A stretch of 63,930 nucleotides of DNA, filler included, from Octopus bimaculoides (Eukaryota): assembly GCF_001194135.2 (NCBI RefSeq). It is 6 parts of 6 records of this genome, joined end to end, with 100 filler letters (N's around TTAATTAATTAA, not from the genome) between each part and the next. Parts side by side here need not be neighbours in the genome. Positions count along the whole stretch, not along the records: positions 1 to 24,321 come from NC_068992.1; 5 more parts are not named here. One strand, given 5' to 3'. Below the pieces are notes generated by a model. The model saw only the letters and a list, made by a program, of their open reading frames with translations, was not told the DNA's origin and ran no database searches. Both the position numbers and the translations under genes were made by a program. Shown piece after piece: positions 1 to 13,328 of this stretch (position 1 is the stretch's first letter; the number at the start of each line of letters is the position of its first letter).

Positions 1-640
1 ATATATATACATGTACAAATATACATTATATACATAGAGAAAGACACAGAGAAGCGCATACATGTACGCACAAAAACATGCTAAATGTGTATACATATAT
101 GCATATATATATGTGTGTATGTAACAGGAATAAAAATGGAGAAAATCACATCTTTAATTGGTGATCACACTATACATTACCGATGATCGTTTCTATTGTA
201 CCAACATATTTCAATACAGAAAAAGGTATATAGTCAGATTAATACATTAGAAACGTTATCAAAGCAATCTTACTTTACTTTGAATTTAACCCAATTTGGA
301 TGGCTCTGGTAACGTTGCGTTAGCATATATATTCCAACATATTAATCTGACCGATATTCCATACCGTTTTTTCTTTGTCTAAATAAGCGAGCACAACAGA
401 AAGGGTTTTCAGTAATGTACGGTATATTTACCAATTAAAGATGTGGATTCCTTCATTTTATTCACTTCTTCTCGTAGAACAGGATTTTCTTGTAATTTTT
501 CTACGCGATATTTGGATTTAATTCGGAAACATGAAGAATTACCACGGATATTTATTCAACTTGCAATTATTGGTATCTGATCATTTGTTATACTTAACCA
601 AATTCCTTTCACACAGTGTTGTATAGATACTCTCTCTCTC

Positions 641-1200
641 TTTACTCTTTTACTTGTTTCAGTCATTTGACGGAGTAAATCGACCCCAGGACTTCTTCTT
701 TGTAAGCTCAGTACTTATTCTCTCGCTCTCTTTTTGCCGAACCGCTAAGTCACGGGGCCGTAAACACATCAGCATCGGTTGTCAAGCGATGGTGGGGGGA
801 CAAACACACACACAAACACACATANNNNNNNNNNNNNNNNNNNNNNNNNNNNNNNNNNNNNNNNNNNNNNNNNNNNNNNNNNNNNNNNNNNNNNNNNNNN
901 NNNNNNNNNNNNNNNNNNNNNNNNNNNNNNNNNNNNNNNNNNNNNNNNNNNNNNNNNNNNNNNNNNNNNNNNNNNNNNNNNNNNNNNNNNNNNNNNNNNN
1001 NNNNNNNNNNNNNNNNNNNNNNNNNATATATATATATATATACGACGGGCTTCTTTCAGTCTCCGTCTACCAAATCCACTCACAAGGCATTGGTCGTCCT
1101 GAGGCTATAGTAGAAGACACTTGCCCAAAGTGTCACGCAGTGAGACTGAACCCGGAACCATGTGGTTGGTAAGCAAGCTACTTACCACACAGCCACTCCT
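641..1200 (-). mobile_element. SINE-A (tRNA-derived SINE), near full length, internal microsatellite hidden by an N gap
   Basis: Reverse complement begins AGGAGTGGCTGTGTGGTAAG (A-box-like), GGGTTCAGTCTC (B-box-like), then TTGGGCAAGTGTCTTCTACTATAGCC. Collinear with the copies at 42706, 48932 and 49741. Ends in a GTAAAAGAG-type tail. Confidence 0.92.
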
Positions 1201-2624
1201 TGATTTATTAATCTGCTCTTCTTCTTCTTAAGTATATATATGCATTTATATATGCGTACATACATACATACATACATATATACATATAGCAAAAGGAAAT
1301 TCAAAATGCACTGATATACATTAAGATTTTTTTTTTGTTTTTAAACAACCGTTTTCACATATTTCTCTGATTTTCAAAAGTTGTAGAATCCTATGTACAT
1401 GCTACTTATACATAAGCGTTGACTAACGAAAAAAAGACACTGAATAGCTAAATCTTATGTCTGCATACATGGACACAAACCATAACTATTTAACCACTCA
1501 AACTACATAGAAACAATTCCTGTACACTCTACTACTGGACGTATTACATTTAGAGAACTTTAGCTTGGGACCGTCATTAAACATGTTCATTCAACCGTGT
1601 CAGGTTTGATTTTCTGCGCAAAAGATATAGTCACATTAACGCACAGACGCAGTGGCGAAACCTGCTAAAATTTATAAGATTACTTGTAATCACGACATCT
1701 TCTTCTGCATTTGTCAGATAAAATTCAGATAACATTGATTGCTAGGGATTTAATTAACATAAAACTCAAAATACTAGTTATATTAAGAAAGGCAAGGCTA
1801 CCACATCTCCCACACCGCATACACGAGTGTCACTCACTTGTGGATGGCATGGTTCCTGCTTATGGCAATGATCTCTCGTGGCGAATACACATCCTTAGGA
1901 CTGCATCACAAATACTGGCCCTGTTTATTCACTGCCAGAAGATATTTCTTCCCGTGACAATTGTAGGGACTGTACACGATTCAGGAGATGACCACAGCGG
2001 ATTGCTTCTTCTACATCCTTGACCGTGATTCGGCTACGAACACACATCATGGGTCTCATGAAAACAATCTCCTCTCAACAGACTAGCATTCAATCACTAG
2101 CTGACATGCTCGAAATGCTGGGTTACACGTGTACTGCATCTGCTTTTCTCTATCTCCTATTACTAGTATACGGGCAACGGTTTCACATAGCCAGCTGGTC
2201 ATTTACATCAACGAACTAGCTCGAACCCAGTCGTCTTTTTCCCTCCCGGCCCCGCACTAACCACAATACCTATTCCTTCTTTACGGCATCTGGGCTGTTC
2301 TTCTTGATGATGTTCATCTGTGACAGTTTAAACAGAATACTAACAGCTTCGAACTCACACTCACCGTTCTCATTGAAACTGCGAAGGTCATGTGTACTAT
2401 TTCTTCTTTCCAGTACACTATGTATGTATATACGTATCTATGAATTTCTATTATTACATGTAATAATAATATAAAAAATTAGTTACTCTATACGCTTGTT
2501 CTATAGAAAATGATTATTCTTAACGAAGAATACTATTGACACTGACTTCGAAGATTCACCAAGTTAAGCCATCATCCGACGATGACTTACCTAGCTATAA
2601 CTTCGAAGTCACAGTATATATATA

Positions 2625-3285
2625 TACAACTCAAATGTGGACATAATATACCTTGACTACAACTCAAATATGGACTCAATATACCTTGACTTTGCAAAAG
2701 CTTTTGATAAAATTAATCATGGTATGATACGCCTCAATCTGCGTGTTCATGGCATAGCTGGAAAGCTTAGAGAGTAGTTACATGACTTTCTGAAAGATAG
2801 AAATCAGGCATTGGTGGCCAATGGAGCCACCTCAAAGAAAACACATATAGTGAGTGGTATTTCACCGGGCACTGTGTTGGAACCACTGCTTTTCCTAGTG
2901 GCCCTCTCAGATATGCCCTCAGCTGCCCGGATTGCTACGCAGAAGATAGGAAAGTCTCGCAGAAAATACAAAACCGTAGCGATGTTTCACGCCTGCAGCA
3001 GGAGTTGGACATAATTTACAGATGGGCTGAGGACAATAATATGCAGTTTAATGCAGAAAATTCCAAGACCTGCGCTACCAGCACCCAAAACTGAACGTAT
3101 GGCTGACAGGATACACTGGCTCAAGCGGGACCTGAGTATGGACATCAGTGATGATACCTCTTTCCAAGATCACATCACCAAGATGGTGACAAAGTGCAAA
3201 CGGCTGGTTGGAGCTTGAAAACCTTCAGAAATCAGAGAAAAGTATGCTCTTCTGGAGGAAGTTGTCCTTAGCTTTATCCAACACA
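2625..3285 (+). pseudogene. CR1/L2-group LINE reverse transcriptase remnant (5'-truncated, stops and frameshifts)
   Basis: Manual translation: DSIYLDFAKAFDKINH...GIAGKLRE*LHDFLKDRNQALVANG...SGISPGTVLEPLLFL. After a frameshift: YAEDRKVSQKIQNRSDVSRLQQELDIIYRWAEDNNMQFN, then RDLSMDISDDTSFQDHITKMVTKCKRL. These are the RT motifs LDFxKAFD, SGVPQGxVLGP and YADD in CR1-type context. Confidence 0.88.
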
Positions 3286-3589
3286 AGCTCTCTGTAGTTT
3301 TATTGTAATATTCTTATGTCAAAACCTTTTTGATGTTTTATTAATTTTTTCCACGGATGAGAATGGTAATACCCGATTAAATTAATTTAATTTAATTATT
3401 ATTTTGATTATTATTATAATCAATTTAATTTTTTTCCATGTTCTGTTTTCTTACATGTCAGTATTATCATTCAAAACGATCGTATGAATTAAAAATATAT
3501 ATAAACTTTTAACATCTCTTCTCCATTTTTAAACTATTAGTTGGGTTTATATAGGACTTTATCCTATAATACTCATAACACATTTTTAA

Positions 3590-3628
<39 letters not shown>

Positions 3629-4108
3629 NNNNNNNNNNNNNNNNNNNNNNNNNNNNNNNNNNNNNNNNNNNNNNNNNNNNNNNNNNNNNNNNNNNNNNNN
3701 NNNNNNNNNNNNNNNNNNNNNNNNNNNNNNNNNNNNNNNNNNNNNNNNNNNNNNNNNNNNNNNNNNNNNNNNNNNNNNNNNNNNNNNNNNNNNNNNNNNN
3801 NNNNNNNNNNNNNNNNNNNNNNNNNNNNNNNNNNNNNNNNNNNNNNNNNNNNNNNNNNNNNNNNNGGAAGCTGAATTGATGACTTCATGGAAAGGATCAG
3901 CCTCATTATTCATGGGAATGAATATTCTTTCATCTATTGAAAACATTTTTCATCACAATGTATACATCAAAGTATATTCACAAAAAGATTCTTTGTTAAA
4001 AATATACAATAATAAAATTGCAATAAAATATATAATCATACGTTCCACTCCACCTTGTATTGATGTCTTTTTCCTATTCGCAATTAATACATATTTATTA
4101 GATGCGGA

Positions 4109-4147
<39 letters not shown>

Positions 4148-6627
4148 GAGAGAGAGACAGAGACAGAGAAACAGAGATGGATATAGGTATATGAGATATA
4201 TAATGTAGTAAAATCATTGTTTGAAACAATTACGCACTGGAATAAAAAACAGATGTAAATGTTTATCGTTATTTCCTTTACATCTATTTGCATTCTTAGT
4301 GCAGGTACTAAACATACTTATACGCAACTACATTAAATTTCTTTAACGGTGCATGTACATAATACTTTTATTTCTCAAACACGACAAATGCACAGTAAAA
4401 TAGTGAAATCCTAACAATAATACCTTATTTTATAGTCATGCACAACGCAATATCTGCAAATAGGAGCAGTTATGCCAATATCAGAATTGGAAAAGCTGGA
4501 ACATATTTTGGATTTGTGATAACATTTGGTAACTAAAAAGGAAACAATATCAGTAGAAAACATATTTACAGTCTACATTTCAATATGTCTGCTACGTTTC
4601 TCTATAGCAGCAAAATATGGCACCAATTCAAAAGACGAAATCACTGGAAAACTTTCAGTTCATTTAAATAATTTTTGCACGATATCTTACTTGTAAACAT
4701 ATAGGGATCGAAACACAATAATACTGAATAAAATTGAGATGGACACATAATAAATTAAGTGTAGCATGTTCTATCAGAGACATGACTGCGTTACGGTTAA
4801 ATATTTCTTTATCAATTTCTTTTCGTGCACACTGTTATTTTGTTTGATGCGATAAATTTTTCAAAACCATGTATCTCTCACGGTATTATAAATGTCATTT
4901 TGTGACATAGATAATAAATGCTCATTAATAGTGCCAGAGAGCTGTATTTATGGGGTTGTCACAAGCTATCAAGTAAACAGTAACTACTAAAGCTATCACT
5001 GCTGGATTTTTAATTTTTACCAGTTAATTCCATGTTATTATACAGGGGTTCCACAAGGTCTGGGGCCATGGAGTAAATAAAATCATAACATAAAAAATTA
5101 AATATAAGAAATAATAAATTCTTAAAGTATGTGATAATCCCCATATACGCAAACTTTGTACACATCCTGTATATAATTTATCTCATGTTCGCCACATGTT
5201 CCTTGAATTTTTGGTTTGCATTTGGTTATCAATTAAGCTTCCACAAGTAATCCTCAAATGTTTTCCTGATGAAATTTTACAATTCAAATAAAATAGAGCC
5301 CCTACATTTTGTCATCCACTCATACAAACTTCCTCTGAAATTCAGTTATTTTGTTTTAAATATTTTTCATGTCATATGTTCCAGCGTTCCATTAGGAGAA
5401 GCATATATCAAAATTTTATTTCATATTTCTCCTCCTGCTCATTCGTTATTCAAGTTCATTAGCTCCTGTTATGACTCACATAACTTTAGACCGTAGGAAC
5501 GTAGATATTCGGGCTATTTTCTCTACTCTAGATATCGCTTCCTTGTTACAACGAGAAAGAGATACGACATTACATCACATAATATTTCTCCAGCATGTTT
5601 TGCACGATAAATAAATAATGTTTATATCTCTCTTCCTATGAAAATACTTCAATTACACACAAACAGTTTATGAGTTATTTCGTTCATCTCGTTAAATTAT
5701 TGTAATTTTCACGTCAGAATGCGAAATGTAGCGGTTAACATAAACACGGCACAAGTGTTGTAAAAGATAGACACCTACGCTATTTGTTTTCAGGAATATA
5801 TTTTACACATTTGAATTACTTTTCTAGCTACAGCTTGTGAAATGGTCCATTACATTTGACATAATTACGTTTCACAAGAATTAATTGGTGTATAGAGTGT
5901 AATGTAAATTCTTTCTTTTGCTGGCAAAACAGATTTGTTTTCAGCTTTACGAAGCTCACAAAATTTCACACAAATTTCTGTGGAAGAACTGGTGATGCAA
6001 TTCAATTCTTTGTTGAAGTGTTTAATATTTGCTTATGTAGCATTAGGTTGTAGAAAAAGAAAACAAGGTAAGATAAAAGTATTAAGGCCTTAAGTAAATT
6101 TGATAACCATTTAGCATACAGACGCACTTTGGGGGATTATTTCGATTCTGTTACAAGCTTCGTTTAACGCTATATACCATATATCTATAGGTTGTAACCA
6201 ATACTATATGTAGTTGACCGTTGTAAAGGTGTATCCTTCAAGAAAAGCCGAATTATCCAAGCATGTTTCAGCACTGTATTAGTATCTTTCTATATACGAA
6301 GATATTATACAGATAGACAACTTTGTTTACATTTGACTATTAAAAAGATAGATAAACTCTATAGACGCATCTCGGTAATATATCGGGAGCATTCAAACAA
6401 CGCGTTGTTAATAAACCAATAATTTATTAAACAAGCTAACTCCTTATACTTATATGAGAAAATTCACCTATGGATAATATTCGGTACATAAGTAGAATAT
6501 ATGTGAACAGTTAAAGGGGTCACTGGTTTGATGATGAAATCCCAAGACACGTTTAGAAATAGTATACAGCAAAAATGTGTTTATATCTCTCTATCTCTAT
6601 GACCAACAATGTGGGCAAGAATGCGTG

Positions 6628-6629
6628 TG

Positions 6630-6669
<40 letters not shown>

Positions 6670-6670
6670 A

Positions 6671-6706
<36 letters not shown>

Positions 6707-6725
6707 GTACAGGCAGACAGACAGA
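6628..6725. repeat. (GATA)n/(GACA)n compound microsatellite
   Basis: Directly visible tetranucleotide runs. Confidence 0.95.
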
Positions 6726-7804
6726 TACATAGATATATATATATAGAGAGAGAGAGATAGGCATACGTATATTTATATATATAGATATAGCTAAAGTCAT
6801 ACATACATGCACACATGTATGTAGGTATGTATGTATGTATTGATACAGGCACCTGCTGTTATGTGCAGATTACTACGTAGAAAATATTTTAGACTGTGCC
6901 TGAGTTGGGACGAAGAATCTGTTAACAATCATTAATAAATTGTTCTCGAATTTCAGCGTTGGATCATTGCAGTAAATATCAGTAAAACACTAGATGGATG
7001 CTATATATTCTATTTTCTCTTATATTAGACATTATCAGATTTCAGGAACGCACTGTATACTCTTAGTGTTAGTCACTGTTCTTACTGCTCTCAGAGAGCG
7101 AGTTTGTGTCAGATAAAGTAATAAATGGCAAACCCCCCACAGAAATAGTTGTTCTTATATTAATTTCGTGATAGAGTTCGCATTCTTGCTTGACGGCACC
7201 TCATTTCATATAAATCAATTTGGAAAGAATGAACGTCACACAATCGAATTTCAGAACATAAACCTCTTGATGTACATGATCAGAAAAGTAGCATTTATCC
7301 TACGGCTACTAGCTGGAACCCTAGACTTAACCATCTGAGCCATTGCCAAAATGTTAATAAAAATTTGTCGGCTAATTTCCCAGAGTATTAGTATTGATAT
7401 TTCTCGTTTTTGTTTCTTCTCTTTTTTCGTGTACATTAATATAAATTCAGCGTATTCAAATTGCTGTTGAAGATATCTATCCAGTGAGTATTCAAATATA
7501 AGTTGCCCAGGTGATATGGCTATCGTCACAGCTGTCGTAGCGTTTATAGTTGTTTTTCTAATTGCACTTGCTTTTGTTGTTGCTGTTATTAACAGTTGTT
7601 TGTTGTTTTCGTAGCTTCTGTGTTTTATAATATTGTTGTTCTTGAGTGGATGTAAGAGACAATACATTGATAAACATGGATAAAGCGAATATATTTCGAA
7701 AATATATTTATGTAACAACAAATCTATACAAAAATGAAGAAAAATAATGAGACCTACTTAAACGTTAAATTGAATATCTAAAATACTGTTAATGTGGAAA
7801 CGGT

Positions 7805-8766
7805 GGGGGAACGTTATCCAAATTCTGGAAGAAGTGGAAGTCATTGGAAGGAGAGCAAGGTCAGGTGTGTATGGTGGATGATGGAGAACTTCCAACTCCA
7901 ACTCCTGTCGTTTCGCCAATGTCATTTTTGCGATGTGTAGTCTGGCATTGTCTTGCAATAAAATAGGTGTGGATCTGTTGACTAATCTAGACCGTTTTTT
8001 TTTTGTAAGTTTCTGCATCATTTGGTCCAGTTGGCTGCAGTATAATTCGGCCGTGTTTGATGAGCTTTGGTGGCTCGTCTTTGTCCAACTATTGTGCTGG
8101 ACGTTTACGGTTGTTGTATTGGATCCACTTCCCATCACATGTTGCAATTCGATTCAAAAATGATTCATTTTTGTGATGAGGAGGTAGCATAATGCAGGCT
8201 TCCAAACGTTGCTGTTTCTGATTTTCATTGTGTTCATGTGGAACCCAGTTATCCAACTTTTTCACTTTACCGATTTTAGCTAGGAGAGTCAATATTGTTT
8301 GCTTGCTAACACCAAACAACAACGATAACTCACGGGTATTTTGAGACGGAACTGACTCGTGGTTGGCTTTCAGTTCGTTATATCTACCTTTGTTTCTGGT
8401 CGACCGCGTTGCTCATTTGTGAGGTCAACGTTACCAGGTTTTGCAAACCAATTTGATACTGTCTGCTGTATAACACCATTAGAATGAAATACTCCATTAA
8501 TATTCCGAGCCGTCTGTGATGCTGTATTTCCAAGAACTCATATTTCAAAACTGTACGAATTTCCGACGTATCCATTTCTAATCAAAAATAGCAAAAACGA
8601 TTTAAAAATACTTTATAGAGCGCATAATAAGTTAGAATAAAGAAATAAATGTGTCAGATTTCTAACAAAAAATAAAGATTGTCAAATTATAATAATGGCG
8701 CAAAATGAGCAACTGTCAACGTTTACCATATACCTTACTACAAATTTCATATTTAACGACCTAATA
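7805..8766 (-). mobile_element. Decayed mariner (Tc1/mariner, Hsmar1/SETMAR-like) transposon, 3' end missing
   Basis: Fragments MDTSEIRTVLKYEF (8575), FLNRIATCDGKWIQYNNRKRPAQ, and PILLQDNARLH...LEVLHHPPYTPDLA, then (frameshift) SNDFHFFQNLDN. A TIR-like TATTAGGTCGTTAAATATGAAATT lies on the minus strand at about 8743-8766 with a terminal TA. Confidence 0.9.
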
Positions 8767-8841
8767 TGTGAAACATTTTACAAATACACCAGTTATAGCT
8801 TTTGTACACTAATTCTCTATTTGTTTATGTCTTATCCTCTT

Positions 8842-8842
<1 letters not shown>

Positions 8843-8921
<79 letters not shown>
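8843..8921. repeat. (CT)n followed by (TA)n microsatellite
   Basis: Directly visible. Confidence 0.95.
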
Positions 8922-8927
<6 letters not shown>

Positions 8928-10099
8928 TCGTATGGCTTACCTGCCTTTTGTTTATATATGCAATACCGCAGACTTAAATGTTCATAGAAATTCTAATGCC
9001 CAGCCTATGGTATGTGATCACATACCTGGCAATTAGGTGTTAGAGATAACTCCTTAGACAACGAATATAAAGGTAGCAATAGGAAAATATCTAATTCTAA
9101 CTTGGACTATTCTTATTACCAAGGCAACTCTCAAATCAGAGAGATTGGTGTAGTAAATGTGCTGACCCGAACTCTATTTGTAAGAGGGACAGCAACGTGA
9201 GCCTTAAAAAATGTCACGAGCTAAAAGCCGACACGCCTAAATAAACACGCCTATTTACAACGCTTTAGAAACTAGACTAAACTCTGAAATTTAACCTTCA
9301 CATTTTCAACACAAAAGGTAAACTTCTCATTGGCAAGAAAATAAGGCCAACAACTTCGAAGTCACTGAGTCACTGTCAGCACAATTATTGATAACATTAA
9401 CATATATATACACACACATAGCTTACAGAATTTCTAATTGATTATCCTTGTAACCCAGTAAGGGAACTATCAAAGCGTCTCTGAATATAGTATGTATGTA
9501 GCCAACGCCATCTGGTCGCAAAAGGCGCACAGATATTTCTGCATGAATAATCATTTTATAATGCCAGGCGTCCTTACAAAAGTAACTTATTACGAATTCT
9601 CTAAGCTGGCTTAATCTAATTTAACACAGGTATTGCCGTGGCCGTTATGGTAATACTTCAACTAATTCAGTATTCAAACTTAAAATTACGACTGCGAGTT
9701 ACGTTTCTCTGAAGATTTGACAATGCAATTGTATTATATGCTTTATATTACATAACATACCATAATCATATATTAACACTCTGCCGTGCGGTGTAGATGG
9801 AGTATTTAGTCATCTCTTAAGTCACATCAAGTACATCAGACGGATAATACTTTTCTTAAAATGCACGCGTTAACTACCAAGTCTGTTTTTGTATGTACTA
9901 ATCTTGCATAGTATTCCTAAACGCTTTAAGAAATCTTGAAGTTTCAGTGGGATTGACTATAATGTTCTGATCACAACTAGTAAGACTTTTACATTACCTT
10001 CTCGCATACCACACAATCTTCCCATTACAACTTTTAAGTCGTAGTTTCTGATGATTTTTTGTGGAGTGTTATATTACTTGTGGACACGCCCATACACGC

Positions 10100-10185
10100 A
10101 TGCACACATATATCTATACCCATATACGTACACACACACACACATATATACATGTATATGTATATGTATATATATTCGTGCGCGC

Positions 10186-10245
<60 letters not shown>
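10100..10245. repeat. (CA)/(TA)/(CG)/(TG)n compound dinucleotide tract
   Basis: Directly visible. It is the source of several spurious ORFs. Confidence 0.95.
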
Positions 10246-10248
<3 letters not shown>

Positions 10249-11159
10249 TGAACACATGTCATAAGACAAAATTATGTTTCAGTATTTGAAAAGAAGATAT
10301 TCTTATGGCGATATACAATCGCAATGGAAACACGCTGCACAGTTTCAGTTAAATTCTAGCGAATAATCGTATGGAATTCATCCAATTAAATGCAAGCATT
10401 ACTTTAAGTATTTTCAGATCTAATGTCATGCGATCTTAATGACTTCATCACATCATTTTCTAACGCTACTATGAATCCTATGGAGAAAGTATTCTTATAT
10501 ACGCAAAGTGTTAAACGGTTCTGAATGTTTGAACGTCTTTCGGTGGAGTATCTGAAATCTACAATGAGTATGTATAAGTATTTTGGTGAAATAAACTGGG
10601 TAGAATAAGTTTCAGTTACTGGGATACCCAAATTCTAAAATGTATTGTTAAATAATAGACAGTAATAAATGAAAAATATAACATATTGCAATGACTGCTT
10701 AGCCAAAGAAAAGAAAAAGAAAATATTATTTTTCAATTTTCTTTGTATGAAAAAACACTTAAAGTAATTAAAAATTTAATACAACTTGAAAAATGTTCTT
10801 TAAAAGTAAGTAATAACAATAATAAATTAATATAAGGAATTGAAAAATTAAAAGGTTGAAAAAATTTAGAATGAAGATTTGACAAATTAAATAAACATAA
10901 TCTGAAAACTAGAAAATTAAGTTAAAAGATAAAATTGCACTGAAAAGTTTGTAAAAATATATTTTGAGTAAAGAATAAAAATACTAAAAGCTATAAAAGT
11001 AGGGTTGGGTTAAAAAATGTCCTATATTTAAAAAAATCTGATAAAAACGAAAAGCATAGACTGTTCTATCGATTTGTTTCACGAATTTTGACTTTACCGG
11101 AATTTTTATTTTCAGATTAGGAAGCCTTCATTAATAACTGGTATAGAAGTATTCTTTAT

Positions 11160-11677
11160 TCTTTTATTTTTTTTCAGTCGTTTCACTGCGGCCATGCTGG
11201 AGCACCGCCTTTAGTCGAGCAAATCTACTCCAGAACTTATTCATTGTAAGCCTAGTACTCATTTTATCGGATCTCTTTTGCCTGACAGCTAAGTTACGGA
11301 GACGCAAGCACATCAACATCTGTCGNNNNNNNNNNNNNNNNNNNNNNNNNNNNNNNNNNNNNNNNNNNNNNNNNNNNNNNNNNNNNNNNNNNNNNNNNNN
11401 NNNNNNNNNNNNNNNNNNNNNNNNNNNNNNNNNNNNNNNNNNNNNNNNNNNNNNNNNNNNNNNNNNNNNNNNNNNNNNNNNNNNNNNNNNNNNNNNNNNN
11501 NNNNNNNNNNNNNNNNNNNNNNNNNNNNNNNNNNNNNNNNNNNNNNNNNNNNNNNNNNNNNNNNNNNNNNNNNNNNNNNNNNNNNNNNNNNNNNNNNNNN
11601 NNNNNNNNNNNNNNATGTATATATATACGTCGGGCTTCTTTCAGTTTCCGTCTACCAAATCCACTCACAAGGTTTTT
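11160..11677 (-). mobile_element. SINE-A, head truncated, N gap at the internal microsatellite
   Basis: CACTGCGGCCATGCTGGAGCACCGCCTTTAGTCGAGCAAATC and TCGGGCTTCTTTCAGTTTCCGTCTACCAAATCCACTCACAAGG match the other SINE-A copies. Confidence 0.88.
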
Positions 11678-11734
11678 GGGTTTTGTTATTTTTAAAGAAG
11701 ATTTTTTAAGTTGTTACATTCTCTTGAATTAGCA

Positions 11735-11890
11735 TGTCAGGCGAAAAGCTTAGCGGCATTTCGTTCGTCATTAGGTTGTGAGTTCGAACTATGCGAGGTT
11801 TAATTTGCCTTTCATCGTTGCGCACTGGTGTCGATGTAATCGCCTGACCTCCTCCACTAAAATTTCAGGCCTTGTACCTATCGTTGAAAG
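11735..11890 (+). mobile_element. SINE-B, degenerate and internally deleted
   Basis: GCTTAGCGGCATTTCG...GAGTTCGAA...TTTGCCTTTCATC...CACTGGTGTCGATGTAATCG...AATTTCAGGCCTTGT. Confidence 0.75.
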
Positions 11891-12775
11891 ATGTTCGAAA
11901 ATAGCTAGAGATTTCTTTAGATTTAACAAAACTTAGCATATCTCTTTACAATCACAAATCTGTTTGATATTTTGCTACACAATAAGTCCAGTGTTAGATC
12001 TATTCGGAGTGTTGCACGGATGACTAGTAGGAGGTTGTCGATTCCAGATACGTGGAGACAAAAGCCATTCCTTCCTTAAAATGTTTTGGACAAATTAAGA
12101 ACATGGCGTTCCCTCAATACTCGCATCGAGCTTGGGAGATTTTTACATAGTCACGTGAAAGACATTACAAAGCAGCCAGAAAGCAATTGTGGCTATTGTA
12201 TTAAGGAAAGAATGTGGTTTAAGCTCAAGATATTAGAGATACAGATATCAAATATGAGTTTGGAACTTAAATATATACGACAAATAACTGGTGTGCTGAA
12301 ATTTCTTCAAGAAGGAAATTCTTTCGCTGTTAATTCTAATATATATATATATATATATATANNNNNNNNNNNNNNNNNNNNNNNNNNNNNNNNNNNNNNN
12401 NNNNNNNNNNNNNNNNNNNNNNNNNNNNNNNNNNNNNNNNNNNNNNNNNNNNNNNNNNNNNNNNNNNNNNNNNNNNNNNNNNNNNNNNNNNNNNNNNNNN
12501 NNNNNNNNNNNNNNNNNNNNNNNNNNNNNNNNNNNNNNNNNNNNNNNNNNNNNNNNNNNNNNNNNNNNNNNNNNNNNNNNNNNNNNNNNNNNNNNNNNNN
12601 NNNNNNNNNNNNNNNNNNNNNNNNNNNNNNNNNNNNNNNNNNNNNNNNNNNNNNNNNNNNNNNNNNNNNNNNNNNNNNNNNNNNNNNNNNNNNNNNNNNN
12701 NNNNNNNNNNNNNNNNNNNNNNNNNNNNNNNNNNNNNNNNNNNNNNNNNNNNNNNNNNNNNNNNNNNNNNNNNNN

Positions 12776-12811
<36 letters not shown>

Positions 12812-13296
12812 GCATACATATATGTATGTATTCAATAACACTGTATATGTATATATATATATATGCATACATACACACACATGTATATGCATACGTATAT
12901 ATACCTCACTCCATATATATATTTTCGCATACACACACACGCACGCACATATGCCTGGTTGTGTATGTTTGTGTGTGTGTGTGTGCGTGTCTGTGTGTGC
13001 TAAAAAGCACACATTTCTTTTTTGTTTAAAATGGTTTTAATCTAAGAAGGCAAAGTTAAAAATAACAGCGCCTATATATTGGCTTAAACCCTTTGGATAG
13101 AAGAAGTCGCAGACGTTATCTAATTCCAGATAAACTGTTCTAAATAGCATTAATTGATTTTTCCTTTAAAGTTTCCAAAATATTATGACACCACCAATAT
13201 AGAATATGTGGGTGAGCGAGTGTGTGTATGTGTACACATGAGTATATCTATATATGTATATAAATCCATATATGTATACACATACACACACACACT

Positions 13297-13328
<32 letters not shown>

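Noticed and set aside
5041-5171. Possible Tc1-like MITE (TACAGG...CCTGTA)
   Set aside because: The inverted match is limited to about 6 terminal bases, which is insufficient.
9009-9026. Perfect 18-bp palindrome GGTATGTGATCACATACC
   Set aside because: One palindrome of this size is roughly expected by chance in ~55 kb of AT-rich DNA, and it has no supporting context.
12086-12345. Stop-free ~85-codon stretch before a (TA)n gap
   Set aside because: No motif. The ORF length in the track is inflated by Ns.
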